From an uncultured virus (IMG/VR IMGVR_UViG_3300001605_000027) (lineage: Duplodnaviria > Heunggongvirae > Uroviricota > Caudoviricetes): a stretch of 64,000 nucleotides of DNA. This document shows, one piece after another, positions 1-9,956 of this stretch. The position numbers and the translations under genes were made by a program. Where the stretch lies: the IMG/VR virus record IMGVR_UViG_3300001605_000027; one strand, 5' to 3'. Within the stretch, counting starts at the first letter, position 1. Each line of letters opens with the position of its first letter. The notes beneath the pieces are model-generated. The model searched no databases. It was not told the DNA's origin and saw only the letters and a list, made by a program, of their open reading frames with translations.

Positions 1-2
1 AC

Positions 3-491
3 ATGAAACCGATTCAACCCATCGACTTGTCGATACTGCGACGCGAGCCGCAGGTGTCCGCACCCGCAACGGCACCGAAACGACGGCCACAACGCGACGG
101 CACTTGGATGGTGATCGCAGTGATCGCTATCGTGCTGTGTTCGATTGCGTGGGTGATGATCAAACGCGACGGACCAACGCCATCGCCCATCGACGACGAT
201 GGCATGTATGTCTTGGTCGTTAAGCCGACTGACTTGTCGCCGTTGACCAATGGACAGAAAGAGTTCTTGACGTCGGCGAAGGTTGCCGATTGGGTCGACG
301 CGAACGGCGGGCAGTATCGGGCGTATCCCGAAAGCCAGAACACGGACAACGAGAATCAGATATGGCGTGATCTACGCCGCGAAGCCGACGCGACACACCG
401 CGTGATCGTTGCGAAGAATCGGCGACTGACACGCATGACTGTACCGGACGGCATCGACGCGGGAATCGCAGCACTGGAGCGAATACGATAA
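3..491 (+). CDS. Membrane-anchored protein (one TM segment followed by a Pro-rich linker)
   Basis: Hydrophobic WMVIAVIAIVLCSIAWVMI then GPTPSP; stop overlaps the next ATG (TAATG). Confidence 0.6.
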   Translation: MKPIQPIDLSILRREPQVSAPATAPKRRPQRDGTWMVIAVIAIVLCSIAWVMIKRDGPTPSPIDDDGMYVLVVKPTDLSPLTNGQKEFLTSAKVADWVDANGGQYRAYPESQNTDNENQIWRDLRREADATHRVIVAKNRRLTRMTVPDGIDAGIAALERIR

Positions 492-1297
492 TGGCGACTT
501 ATGAAGGCATTCAGATTTACGACGAATCCAACTATCAAACGTTGGTGAGTCAGACCGTCGACGGTGGCGGCCAATTCTACACTGGTTTGAACCCCGAGTC
601 GGAACAACCGCTCTACGGTTCGTCGTGCGAAGTCCGCGAATACGCGACGGTTCCACGGTCGGAGTGGAAAGAACGCATCGAAGAAAAGAAAGCCAAGGGA
701 TTGTTCCCCGGTTCTTGGTTTGAACGTGGGAAAGTGAAGATTCTCAACCAACGGTCATTCGGGTACTGCTGGATGTACGGCGTCGTCGGAGCGATGCAAC
801 TTCGCTACGCGATGACCGGACAAGTCGCCCCGCATTTGAACCCGTTCTTTCCGGCATGGCTTGGTAAGCGAGGGGCCAATCGTGGCGGCTGGGGCGGCGA
901 AGCGTTGGGTTATCTCGATCAATTCGGATGCCCGATGGAATCGATCTTCCCTGGCCAGCCAACGAATCGGGCGGCGTTCGATCGGCACGAAGTCCGCGAG
1001 AATGCCAAGCTCCATAAGGTTTGGAAGTTCACCGAACTGCGACGAAATTCGTTCCAAGCGTTGATGGATATGTGGTTGTCGGATGATCCGATGCCAGTGT
1101 CCCAAGCGTATAATTGGTGGGGCCACCTCGTTTATGCGATGGAACCCGTCGTCATTGGTGCCAACGAGTTTGGTACATTGATCGGCAACTCATGGGGTTA
1201 CTCATGGGGCACGCAGGGACGCGGCGTGATCGCTGAATCGAAAGCGGCGGCGGCTGAGCAGATTTGCGTTGACATGGTATCGACGGTGGCGGCATGA
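491..1297 (+). CDS. Papain-like (C1 family) cysteine peptidase
   Basis: Q-x5-CW (NQRSFGYCW), His in WWGHLV, Asn in GNSWGYSWG match the papain catalytic motifs. Confidence 0.85.
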   Translation: MATYEGIQIYDESNYQTLVSQTVDGGGQFYTGLNPESEQPLYGSSCEVREYATVPRSEWKERIEEKKAKGLFPGSWFERGKVKILNQRSFGYCWMYGVVGAMQLRYAMTGQVAPHLNPFFPAWLGKRGANRGGWGGEALGYLDQFGCPMESIFPGQPTNRAAFDRHEVRENAKLHKVWKFTELRRNSFQALMDMWLSDDPMPVSQAYNWWGHLVYAMEPVVIGANEFGTLIGNSWGYSWGTQGRGVIAESKAAAAEQICVDMVSTVAA

Positions 1298-1665
1298 CGC
1301 GAAGCGAAACAATCTTCACTGCTGTATTTGTCCTAATCAACACGTTCTTCATTGGCGTGTTTAGCGGTCGAATGATCGAAGAAAAATCACAGCCAAAGGC
1401 AATCGAAGTGGCAACCGAAGAATCGAAATCCCAGCCAATCGACGCGACCAACCCACCGGCGATGTTCTCAAATTGGCGGACGCCAACACAACCCGGCATG
1501 GCACCGTTGCACGCGTTGAGAGCGACGTCGGAGCGGATGCAGATCGAGCAAGGCACCGACCTAGGATCGGACGCCAATGCACGTGCTTTGATTCTCGTCA
1601 TGGAAGCCGTGGCGATCCTTGAGGGTCGCGATCGTACAGTCGACGGGATTCAAGTTATCGAGTGA
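1294..1665 (+). CDS. Hypothetical protein with N-terminal TM segment
   Basis: ATGA overlap with the peptidase; hydrophobic N-terminus. Confidence 0.55.
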   Translation: MTRSETIFTAVFVLINTFFIGVFSGRMIEEKSQPKAIEVATEESKSQPIDATNPPAMFSNWRTPTQPGMAPLHALRATSERMQIEQGTDLGSDANARALILVMEAVAILEGRDRTVDGIQVIE

Positions 1666-1760
1666 ACGCCGGACATTTTGATTGCTTCGATTGGATTGTC
1701 GCTTAGACATGAGTGAAACGGTTGCCACGTTTCACGCCATCCAATCGAAGGACTGACAGA

Positions 1761-2264
1761 ATGAATATCCGCCGAACGTTCCCGCTCGTTGCCATCGCCG
1801 CTGTTGCGATGATTGCCGCCATGCTCGCAGGTCCGACGCAGCCGTCGGCACAGTCGCCGAAGTGGGACACTGTTACCGACTCGGTTCTGCCAGTGTCGAA
1901 TCAGCCGTCGACTGGGCCGGGATACAAGCCAGCCCCCGCGTCCAATACTTGCAATTGCGGCGACTTTGCGGCACTCGAAAAGCGAGTGGCTACGCTGGAA
2001 ACGAAGATCGCAAGCTACGGAGCGGCAAGGCCGACAACCACCAACGGATCGGCTGGCGTCAACACGTCGACGGTAACCTACCAGTCGCCGCCGGTCTATT
2101 ACAGTCCGCAGCAAACGACGACCACGTATCGGTCGGCACCTGTTACCTATCAGGCTCAGCCAGCGACGACAACAGTCCGAACCGGATTATTTGGACGACG
2201 GTATCAAACATACTCGGCCCCCCAGTCGTGCCGCATCGTCAACGGCGTTCGCGTCTGCAACTAA
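1761..2264 (+). CDS. Secreted low-complexity protein with short coiled coil
   Basis: Signal-peptide-like MNIRRTFPLVAIAAVAMIAAML; CNCGD motif; C-terminal GLFGRR...CRIVNGVRVCN. Confidence 0.6.
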   Translation: MNIRRTFPLVAIAAVAMIAAMLAGPTQPSAQSPKWDTVTDSVLPVSNQPSTGPGYKPAPASNTCNCGDFAALEKRVATLETKIASYGAARPTTTNGSAGVNTSTVTYQSPPVYYSPQQTTTTYRSAPVTYQAQPATTTVRTGLFGRRYQTYSAPQSCRIVNGVRVCN

Positions 2265-2276
2265 GAAAGGAAGTCA

Positions 2277-2615
2277 ATGTCGAACGGAAGTGATCTACCA
2301 GACGGATTTTTTGGCTATGTTTTAGCGTTTGTAGGGACCGCTATGGGCACATTGGTTACAACGATTGCGACTTTGTGGAAAGTATCGGAGTCGAAGAACG
2401 CTAAGGCGATCGAGGAGCAGCGACAGGAAATCATGACGCAGAAAGTCGAGTTCGCCGACGCAAAATCGCAGATGCGGACTGAGATTTCGATGGTTCGCGA
2501 AAACTTAAAAGCCGTCGAAGACGCTCGCCTTGAATGCGAACGCGACAGGGCGATGCTGACAGCCAAGTGTGAGATTTTCGAGGCACGGTTATCCAAGTTA
2601 GAAGGACAATCCTAA
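2277..2615 (+). CDS. Single-TM coiled-coil protein (holin or spanin-like candidate)
   Basis: One TM helix followed by a long heptad-rich segment; AAGGA upstream. Confidence 0.45.
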   Translation: MSNGSDLPDGFFGYVLAFVGTAMGTLVTTIATLWKVSESKNAKAIEEQRQEIMTQKVEFADAKSQMRTEISMVRENLKAVEDARLECERDRAMLTAKCEIFEARLSKLEGQS

Positions 2616-2854
2616 TGTTTCCCAACCTCAAAAGCCTATTATCAAACCACGTCGCACCCGGCGGAGCGATCGCATCAGCATCGCCGTTTTCATTCTTCGC
2701 ACGAGTCGAGGCATACGGCGCCGCGGGCGAAGGTACGAAGCAAGTCGACGCGATTGCGACCGAACTGATGGAAGTCGATCGGCTATTGGACGCGGATAAC
2801 TTGGTCGCCGGTCGCGAACGGCTGAAAGCGATCTTGCGAGGTATCGCCGAATGA
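2615..2854 (+). CDS. Hypothetical protein
   Basis: Translationally coupled on both sides. Confidence 0.5.
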   Translation: MFPNLKSLLSNHVAPGGAIASASPFSFFARVEAYGAAGEGTKQVDAIATELMEVDRLLDADNLVAGRERLKAILRGIAE

Positions 2855-3189
2855 TCGCCATTCTCCTAACCCTCGCCACCTTCGCACCATCTCTACCCGT
2901 TGTCGAAGTCTGCGAGATCAACACCACGCCGAACTTCCAGCAGGTGATTTTGCGACGATGGCATCGGCTTGGCGAGGTCAACGGGCATCGCGTGACGGAG
3001 TGGTGGATACCGCGAAAAGAGACGACCACGGTGGAGCGATTTGGCGACCGCTGGCTAGTGCGATCGGACGGACGCGAGTTTATCGCACGGTCGGTGCGGT
3101 GGACTGAGACGCAGCACGATCCTGAGATGAGAGAGCGTAAGATTTTGTGCCCGGGTGATCGGGTGCCGTATTTGGATAAAGAAAAATGA
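2851..3189 (+). CDS. Hypothetical protein
   Basis: ATGA-coupled ORF in the operon. Confidence 0.55.
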   Translation: MIAILLTLATFAPSLPVVEVCEINTTPNFQQVILRRWHRLGEVNGHRVTEWWIPRKETTTVERFGDRWLVRSDGREFIARSVRWTETQHDPEMRERKILCPGDRVPYLDKEK

Positions 3190-3767
3190 ACGCAGAACAA
3201 AAACTGGCATATCTATTAGAATCCGTTTGGGTGCCGACCAATGCGACGATCACAGTCGCGGCAATTGTCGAGGCTGTCGGTTTGGACGCTGGTAGATTGG
3301 TAGTAGGCACGATCCAAGCGGCATCGGCCCAAGACCCGATTTTGGCGGCATCTTATCAAGCTCTTTCAACCGTTGGCATGAGCCTATCGGGTGCGGATCG
3401 GCAATCGCTGATTGATCAAGTGGCAATCGCTGGCAATTGGCCCGATGCGGTACGCGATGCAGTGAAAGCCCTCGGCGGCGTGTCGCGTCTTAGGTGGCAG
3501 ATCGAAGGCTATCAGTCGCAGCCGACGATTGAGTCGGTACAGGCAGAGATTGACGCTGAATCGCAACCCGCCGACGAAACGCGGCACGAGGTGCTACTGT
3601 CCGTGAATCGCGGTACCGATGGCGTGATGCGAGTAATGGCTAGAGTAACGCCAGTCGAGCTTGCCAGCGGTGTCGAACTGCGACGCGGACAACCGCGAAC
3701 AATCGTTAATGATGCGGGGTTGGTCGCGGTTTTGAATCCGATTATTGAGGGGCTAATCGATGCCTGA
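3186..3767 (+). CDS. Hypothetical protein
   Basis: ATGA-coupled ORF in the operon. Confidence 0.6.
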   Translation: MNAEQKLAYLLESVWVPTNATITVAAIVEAVGLDAGRLVVGTIQAASAQDPILAASYQALSTVGMSLSGADRQSLIDQVAIAGNWPDAVRDAVKALGGVSRLRWQIEGYQSQPTIESVQAEIDAESQPADETRHEVLLSVNRGTDGVMRVMARVTPVELASGVELRRGQPRTIVNDAGLVAVLNPIIEGLIDA

Positions 3768-6033
3768 TAAATGGCCACTAGCAAACGACAACTGGAGCAA
3801 CGCCGCAAACTGGAACGACGGAACGAAGCCGGTTCCCGGTGATGATGTTTTTGCGGATGGTCGCACCGTCACGATTGATGAGGATGTGACCGTCGCAAGT
3901 ATAAGAACGACACAGCGTAGCGGCGGGACTGCGGGCGGTGGGTTTACGCTTAATGCCGGAATCACGGTTACCGCGAATATTATTGGTGGAGCTGGCGCTG
4001 TTTTAACGCGCTCGGTGCCAGGTGCAGATTCCGTAATTATCGGGGATGTGTTTGCCGGGCCAAATCCTGCTAGTGGTTTAGTTAATAATTCTACCGCTAA
4101 AGTTACTATTATTGGTGACGTGACTGCTGCTGACTCGATTGTTTCTGCGGGTGCTTCAAATTCGTCGACCGGTCAAATTGAGATTATTGGAAATGTTTTT
4201 GGTGCGAACTCGACAAGTGCCGCTTTTCCTTCTTTCGGTGTGCAAAACCTTTCGTCCGGCGTAATCCAGATCACAGGCAACGCGATAGGAGGCCCAGGTC
4301 TCAGCGCAATCGCTGTGAGGAACGCAGCAAATGGAGCAATATACATTACTGGCAACGCAACAGGAGGATCTGGCGTCGGATCAATTGGTGCAGTCAATGC
4401 TAGCACCGGCACACTGCGAGTATCGGGGCTTGCCATCGGCAATGATCATGGACTCGGTTTCGCTACAAACAACGGCAATCCAGGTGTGTTTGGGTTTGGC
4501 GTAAACACGGGGGTTGCCCAAGCAACAACAACTGTTGGTGGCCTTAAGTTTGGCGCTAAAGGGCAGACTCCTATCACAGGTCTCGTACAGCTAGAATTAA
4601 ATGATCCCGACGACATTATTATAAGTTTTCGCAGGCCGCCCGCAGACTCTTTTGCCGAGTACGTCGTGTCAGCAGCACCTGTGTTAGGAGGTCAACCCGC
4701 CCAAGCCGATGTACGCTTTGGAACCGAATACAATTTCGGATTACGCACCGGCACCCTACGCGTCCCCGCCCCGCAATTCGTCAACGCTGGCGTCTTGACC
4801 GACGACACGATCGGCACGCTCGCGGTCGATCTTCAGCCGATCCTAGACGCGATCGGTGCGATCGACGTCGACCTAAATCCAGTCTTGGATAAATTGCCGA
4901 CGACTGGCAGAGCGCTGTCGGACGCGGATTACGAAGCACCACTCGACTCAACTCAAACCCAGCAAGCCGCAGCCGCAGCGATCACGGCGGCGGGGCTGGC
5001 GTTGGAGGCGACATCGCAGTCGATCCTTGAGGATACCGGTACGACGCTGCCGGGGCTGATTGCGGGGATTGATGTAGACCCAAACATAACGGTCAACCCG
5101 ACAGAACTGAGCGGCACATCAGTCGATGCGATCCGATCAGGACTAGCAACGTCCGACAACGTAACCGCAATCGAAACCTCAATACTCGCCAAGATCGGTG
5201 CATTCACCGGAACCGGCGTCAACACGATTCTAGGATTCTTGCGAGCCATCGCACGCAAGGACGTTGCAGCCCCAAGCGACATGGGCGGCGACTACGATCC
5301 AGCAACCGACTCGCAGGAAGCGATTCGAGATCGCGGAGACGCGGCATGGACAGGATCGGCGGCACCATCGGTCGAAGCGATAGCCGAACGATTGCTGGCG
5401 ACACCAGCGAATAAACTGCTGACCAACGAGGCAGGGTTTGTAACCGCGACAAACGGCGGGACTGTCGTTGGCCCCAACGCTCAGTTGGTGACGTTTGACG
5501 CGACCGACAACGACGGCCCCGTATCGGGTGTGTCGATCCGCATTGCCGGACGCGAGATCACAACGCTGACGAACGGCCAACGCTCGATCACGCTTGATCC
5601 GGCGACATACACAGCGACGATTATTGTCCCCAACGGCTACCAAGAGATTCAACCGATCGAAGTCATTGTCGTCGATGAACCAGTCGTGGAAGAATTGACG
5701 CTTGTCGCGACGTCCGCACCAACGCCATCGGCGGCACCGCTGACGACGGTTCAGTTGCCGACCGAAGATCAGTATGGCAACCGCATCGGCGGCGTCTCTG
5801 TCCAGTTTGAGTTCTTGGGGCACTTGGCTGGTGCGACGATCACCGGAACGATCATGAACACCCCGGCGGCCCAGTTATCCAATGACACCGAAGGATCGCC
5901 CAATTTCGGCATTTGTGTTGTGCAATTGCGGCGACTTGCTCGCTACCGTGCAAGGTACAACATCGTCGGCGACGGTCCAAAGGTTGTGACGTTTGAGACT
6001 GGCAATACCGGGAGCGACTTAATCGTCGGGTGA
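3760..6033 (+). CDS. Large virion fibre/adhesin-like protein
   Basis: 757 aa; NWSNAANWNDG N-terminus, G/N/S-rich beta-helix-like repeats (IxGNxxGG), beta-sandwich-like C-terminus. Confidence 0.6.
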   Translation: MPDKWPLANDNWSNAANWNDGTKPVPGDDVFADGRTVTIDEDVTVASIRTTQRSGGTAGGGFTLNAGITVTANIIGGAGAVLTRSVPGADSVIIGDVFAGPNPASGLVNNSTAKVTIIGDVTAADSIVSAGASNSSTGQIEIIGNVFGANSTSAAFPSFGVQNLSSGVIQITGNAIGGPGLSAIAVRNAANGAIYITGNATGGSGVGSIGAVNASTGTLRVSGLAIGNDHGLGFATNNGNPGVFGFGVNTGVAQATTTVGGLKFGAKGQTPITGLVQLELNDPDDIIISFRRPPADSFAEYVVSAAPVLGGQPAQADVRFGTEYNFGLRTGTLRVPAPQFVNAGVLTDDTIGTLAVDLQPILDAIGAIDVDLNPVLDKLPTTGRALSDADYEAPLDSTQTQQAAAAAITAAGLALEATSQSILEDTGTTLPGLIAGIDVDPNITVNPTELSGTSVDAIRSGLATSDNVTAIETSILAKIGAFTGTGVNTILGFLRAIARKDVAAPSDMGGDYDPATDSQEAIRDRGDAAWTGSAAPSVEAIAERLLATPANKLLTNEAGFVTATNGGTVVGPNAQLVTFDATDNDGPVSGVSIRIAGREITTLTNGQRSITLDPATYTATIIVPNGYQEIQPIEVIVVDEPVVEELTLVATSAPTPSAAPLTTVQLPTEDQYGNRIGGVSVQFEFLGHLAGATITGTIMNTPAAQLSNDTEGSPNFGICVVQLRRLARYRARYNIVGDGPKVVTFETGNTGSDLIVG

Positions 6034-7253
6034 CAGTGGAAGGTATCGGTGGAGAATCTGCTTGGTGGTGCCCATCGCTTGACGATGCCGGAAATGGCAC
6101 GTCGACACTGAACGACATCAGTGGCAACGGTTTTGACGCCACGCTGACAGACATGGACCCGTCGACAGACTGGCCATTAGACACTGATTTTGGCGGCGTT
6201 CGAGCAATTGACTTTGACGGCGAAGACGACTTGTTAGTCGTAGACGATCCGTTGTTTGGTGCCGACACGACGCAGCTTTCGATGGCTGTTTGGATACGCA
6301 GACCAACAGCGTCCACACTTGGGCCGTTTTACGGACTAGGAAACGGAACCACGACCAATCGCATCGAAATTCAGCCTTGGTCAGACAATCAAATTTATGT
6401 CACATTCACTAGCTTCATTTATGGCTACATAGCACTCGATGAGGATTGGCACCACTACGCGGTTCTTTATGACGGGTCGCAAACCGGCAACGCAAACCGA
6501 CTGAAGTTATATAAAGACGGCGTCGAGCAGTCCGTTACTTTTGCAGGAGAGATACCGGCTGCTTTAGGAGCCGCATCATTGGTCCCGAGATTTGGTCGCT
6601 CGCATCCTGGCAGTTACGGTGCAGGCCGAATCGACGATGCGAGAGCGTATTCACGTCTCATTTCGCCGACTGAGATTGCCCACCTGGCATCGGCGAGAGG
6701 TGTCACCGGACTTCCCGCTAAAACTATTGATTTCGACAAAACACTGGATGACGTCTCGATTGTCTGCGAAATGACTGGCACCATTCCTGAAGGTGCCGCT
6801 GTTGTCGACGCCGACATTCAAATCGGCGACATCGCCATCACCGCCGAAGCCCATATTCCCGAGCGATCAGTCGACTTTGAACTGACGATCGGCGACATTG
6901 CATTCGACGCTTCCGTCGAAACCGCTAACAACGTCGACGCCGACATTCAAATCGGCGACATCGAATTGACCGCGTTTGCCGCACTGTGGGGTGAAGTCAA
7001 CGCGGACATTCAGATTGCCGACGTCGGCATCAACGCCAACATGCTACTCGATGATTTCAACGAGATCGATGTTGCGTTGACAGTGGGCGATGTTCAAATC
7101 GACGCAACTGCGGCGACAGGACTTTCGATGTTTGTCGACTTCGCTGTCGGCGACGTTGCGATCCAGTCGGCGGCGATTGTCGGCAACCGGCGATCACGCG
7201 GTTTATTTCCCGGCGGGTTGCAGTCCCGCAGTGTTCATCGACTCATGTACTGA
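6030..7253 (+). CDS. LamG/concanavalin A-like lectin domain structural protein with C-terminal repeats
   Basis: AIDFDGEDD, WHHYAVLYDG, LYKDG, GRIDDARAYSRLIS are LamG-type motifs; roughly 22-aa VDADIQIGDI repeats. Confidence 0.75.
   Translation: MTVEGIGGESAWWCPSLDDAGNGTSTLNDISGNGFDATLTDMDPSTDWPLDTDFGGVRAIDFDGEDDLLVVDDPLFGADTTQLSMAVWIRRPTASTLGPFYGLGNGTTTNRIEIQPWSDNQIYVTFTSFIYGYIALDEDWHHYAVLYDGSQTGNANRLKLYKDGVEQSVTFAGEIPAALGAASLVPRFGRSHPGSYGAGRIDDARAYSRLISPTEIAHLASARGVTGLPAKTIDFDKTLDDVSIVCEMTGTIPEGAAVVDADIQIGDIAITAEAHIPERSVDFELTIGDIAFDASVETANNVDADIQIGDIELTAFAALWGEVNADIQIADVGINANMLLDDFNEIDVALTVGDVQIDATAATGLSMFVDFAVGDVAIQSAAIVGNRRSRGLFPGGLQSRSVHRLMY
6804..6963 (+). repeat. Exact 31-bp direct repeat inside the LamG gene (6804-6834 and 6933-6963)
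   Basis: gtcgacgccgacattcaaatcggcgacatcg occurs twice and encodes VDADIQIGDI. Confidence 0.9.
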
Positions 7254-7260
7254 GATTCCA

Positions 7261-7668
7261 ATGGCAGTAAAGATGGCGGCGTTTGTCCGCAACGCAATTG
7301 TCGACTCGATCGAGACGTCGATTGGCACTTCGCCGGTGATGAAGATTTTTACCGGGGCACCGCCGACGAATCCGTCGGACGCCGACTCCGGCACCGTGCT
7401 GGCGACGATCAATCTGCCGAGCGACTGGATGGCCGCTGCGGTGTCTGGCGTCAAGGTGAAAGCGGGAACGTGGCAGGATAATTCCGCCGATGCCACCGGC
7501 ACCGCTGGCCACTTCCGCATCTATCAGTCTGACGGGACGACCGTGGCGATGCAGGGCACCGTCACCGCAACCGGCGGCGGCGGCGACGCGACGATCAACA
7601 ACACGTCGATCACAACAGGCCAGCCCGTAACCGTCGTGACGTTCACGATGACCGCACCGCACGCATAA
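7261..7668 (+). CDS. Small virion structural protein (fibre/decoration type)
   Basis: Start at ATG 7261 (MAVKMAAF); T/G/A-rich, ADATGTAGHFRI...QGTVTATGGGGD is typical of phage minor structural proteins. Confidence 0.65.
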   Translation: MAVKMAAFVRNAIVDSIETSIGTSPVMKIFTGAPPTNPSDADSGTVLATINLPSDWMAAAVSGVKVKAGTWQDNSADATGTAGHFRIYQSDGTTVAMQGTVTATGGGGDATINNTSITTGQPVTVVTFTMTAPHA

Positions 7669-7681
7669 GCGACCGCGTCCC

Positions 7682-8494
7682 ATGTCTCGATTAGTCGACC
7701 GCGACGTTCAAAATCTCAACATCACGATCTACCCCGTCGACGTGGCGGGGAATCCGATCGCTGGGTTGACGCACGCAACGGTCGGACTGGTGATTGAGTA
7801 TAAGAATTCGGCGTCGGTCGATTGGGTGCCGATCACGCTGGTTGCCGGGACGGCAGGATCGTGGACGTCGAGCGGATTTGTCGAGTTCGACGACGGCGAA
7901 TATCAGATCGGTTTGCCCAATGCGGCGATCGTCCCCGGCGACCGGACGGAGGTTCGATTCCAATACACGGGTGCGCCAAAGCAGTATGCCGCCATCGACG
8001 CTGTCAACGTGTCCGTGTTCCGTGCCCGTGGTCCGATTGTTGTTGCCGCCGAACTCCCCGGCGTCCCGTCGAGCGAAAGCGGGAATCTGTTTTTCACGAT
8101 CGTTCAGCGAGACGATTACAACGACGACAACGAACGCGGCCCCATTGGTCCGATTACTGTCGAGACGGTTGTCGATCTTGATAACGAGGCAGTGGTCGAC
8201 CGCGTCCGCTTTGGTGCGACCCGGCTTAATGGTTCGCGATTGTCAACGACGCATTTTATCGGCACTGCGTTCGTCGAAGCGACCGCCAACCCGAACGAGT
8301 ACAACGTCTTCATTGAATTGACCAGCGAGGAAACCGACCGCGAGCCGGGTTACTATCGCTGGGATGTTGAAGCCGTACTCGTCAACGAATCCGACGTCGT
8401 CACGCTGACGCCCGGAAACAATCAACTATTCCTATCGCCGTCGATGGGCGATAACGAAGAACGCGATCCGCTGGCCCCCGATCCATCAGCATAA
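7682..8494 (+). CDS. Putative structural protein ending in PDPSA
   Basis: Acidic and beta-rich; last gene of the structural block. Confidence 0.55.
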   Translation: MSRLVDRDVQNLNITIYPVDVAGNPIAGLTHATVGLVIEYKNSASVDWVPITLVAGTAGSWTSSGFVEFDDGEYQIGLPNAAIVPGDRTEVRFQYTGAPKQYAAIDAVNVSVFRARGPIVVAAELPGVPSSESGNLFFTIVQRDDYNDDNERGPIGPITVETVVDLDNEAVVDRVRFGATRLNGSRLSTTHFIGTAFVEATANPNEYNVFIELTSEETDREPGYYRWDVEAVLVNESDVVTLTPGNNQLFLSPSMGDNEERDPLAPDPSA

Positions 8495-8517
8495 TCGCCG
8501 CAAAATTATTTTTCTAG

Positions 8518-8554
8518 TTTTGCTGTTGACAGTTTACCCGTTGGCCGATATTCT
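8518..8554 (+). promoter_or_regulatory. Phage promoter family copy
   Basis: TTTTGCTG-TTGACA(8526)-17 nt ending CCGA-TATTCT. Confidence 0.8.
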
Positions 8555-8638
8555 TTATGCGTCGCCGCATTTTGCGACGATCGGCCCGGCCCGCTGACGC
8601 CGAAAGATTGTTGTCACCAATCAAACCAAGGCATAGTC

Positions 8639-9082
8639 ATGTGCAAGCTACCATCGAAAGAGTTCTTCAAGGGCGGCATCGCATTGGTCACCCTCGAAAA
8701 TCCACGCGGCGACAAGTTCGAATACCGCTTCCGTGCCGAGTTGTTGAGCGACGGGGCTGTGTTGATCTTCGTTGATTATTTTGACGACGGCGACTGGCGT
8801 TACATGGGCCGATACAAGCAAGGCGGCAAAAAGCGAGGCGAGTTTGTTGTCGAGACACGCCGCAGCGGCTACGCTGCAAACTCCCAAGCGATGCAAGTGA
8901 TCGACTGGTTCTGTTTCCATGCCGCATGGGGCATCGAATTGCCCGAAGGTTACACGTGGCACAGCGATGGCCGTTGCCCCCGCTGTCGCGTTCTGTTGCG
9001 TAATCATAAGTCGGTAGTCGATGGCGTTGGCAAGCATTGCAAGGCTATCATTGCATCCGACGAATTGTTGAAGCGAGCCTAA
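8639..9082 (+). CDS. DUF6011-like zinc-binding protein
   Basis: C-terminal GRCPRCRVLL..KSVVDGVGKHC; CAAGGCA leader. Confidence 0.6.
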   Translation: MCKLPSKEFFKGGIALVTLENPRGDKFEYRFRAELLSDGAVLIFVDYFDDGDWRYMGRYKQGGKKRGEFVVETRRSGYAANSQAMQVIDWFCFHAAWGIELPEGYTWHSDGRCPRCRVLLRNHKSVVDGVGKHCKAIIASDELLKRA

Positions 9083-9272
9083 TGATTCATCTAAAACTCT
9101 ACGCCGTCGACGTCAAGAGCGTCGACGGCTTGTACCGTGCAACGTGGCAGGCGTGGGCCGCCAGCGATGACGACGCAATCGATCAGGCATTCGCCGGATT
9201 GTGTGCCGATATCTTTCCAGATCGGCACCGTGCCGACTGGCTGTTTAATCCCTCGATACTGATTGATAATCT

Positions 9273-9956
9273 ATGTCATCCGCTATTCCAAAAGTCACCC
9301 ATGCACTTACCGTGCGAGAGCCATGGGCGTGGGCACTGTCAACCGGCATAAAGTCGGTTGAAAATCGTACGTGGGCGTTCCCGGCCAAGCGGCATCCGCT
9401 GCCCGCTTGGATCGCGATTCATGCGTCGCTTGATTACAAGACGATTGCCGACGATGTGTTCGCGTGCTTTGACGTTCACCCGATGATCGAGCCGGAATGC
9501 GAAGGCCCCGATGGCCCGAGAACCGGCAAGACGGGCCGCATCACGCTAGCCCGCAGCGAGATTGTCGGCGTCGTTAAGGTTGTCGACTGTGTGTTCGTTC
9601 CTGACTTGGAATCCGACAAGCCGCTGACCGACGCCGAAGCCGACCGCATCGCCGCTGCTGTTGATATACCAATGTCATGCCGCATGGCCAGCGAGATTGA
9701 TCGTACGCGTTGGGTCGATGGCAACGGCTACGCGTGGATTATCGGCGACTGCTACCGATTCTTAAAACCGATCGTGGCTATCGGCAAACTGAACGTTTGG
9801 CAGATGGCCCCGGCGTTGCAAATGTTGGTCGCCAAAGAACTGAAAGCGGCGATGGCTGCCCAGGCTGAGTCGATCGACCGCAGCCGACCATACGACAGCC
9901 CGACAATCTTTGAAATGCCGAAGATTCCCAAGAAGCAGCAAGCGTATTTTGCATGA
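9273..9956 (+). CDS. ASCH domain protein
   Basis: ALTVREPWAWAL..GIKSVENRTW, IAIHAS and GKLNVW motifs. Confidence 0.8.
   Translation: MSSAIPKVTHALTVREPWAWALSTGIKSVENRTWAFPAKRHPLPAWIAIHASLDYKTIADDVFACFDVHPMIEPECEGPDGPRTGKTGRITLARSEIVGVVKVVDCVFVPDLESDKPLTDAEADRIAAAVDIPMSCRMASEIDRTRWVDGNGYAWIIGDCYRFLKPIVAIGKLNVWQMAPALQMLVAKELKAAMAAQAESIDRSRPYDSPTIFEMPKIPKKQQAYFA

Noticed and set aside
6804..6963. 31-bp repeat in the lectin gene as a diversity-generating retroelement TR/VR pair
   Set aside because: The copies are identical, in frame and part of a protein repeat. There are no adenine-specific mismatches and no reverse transcriptase in the window.
8561..8625. Hammerhead-like CUGACG..CGAAA in the structured leader after the first promoter
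   Set aside because: The core reads CUGACGC, stem II is absent and there is no UH cleavage site.
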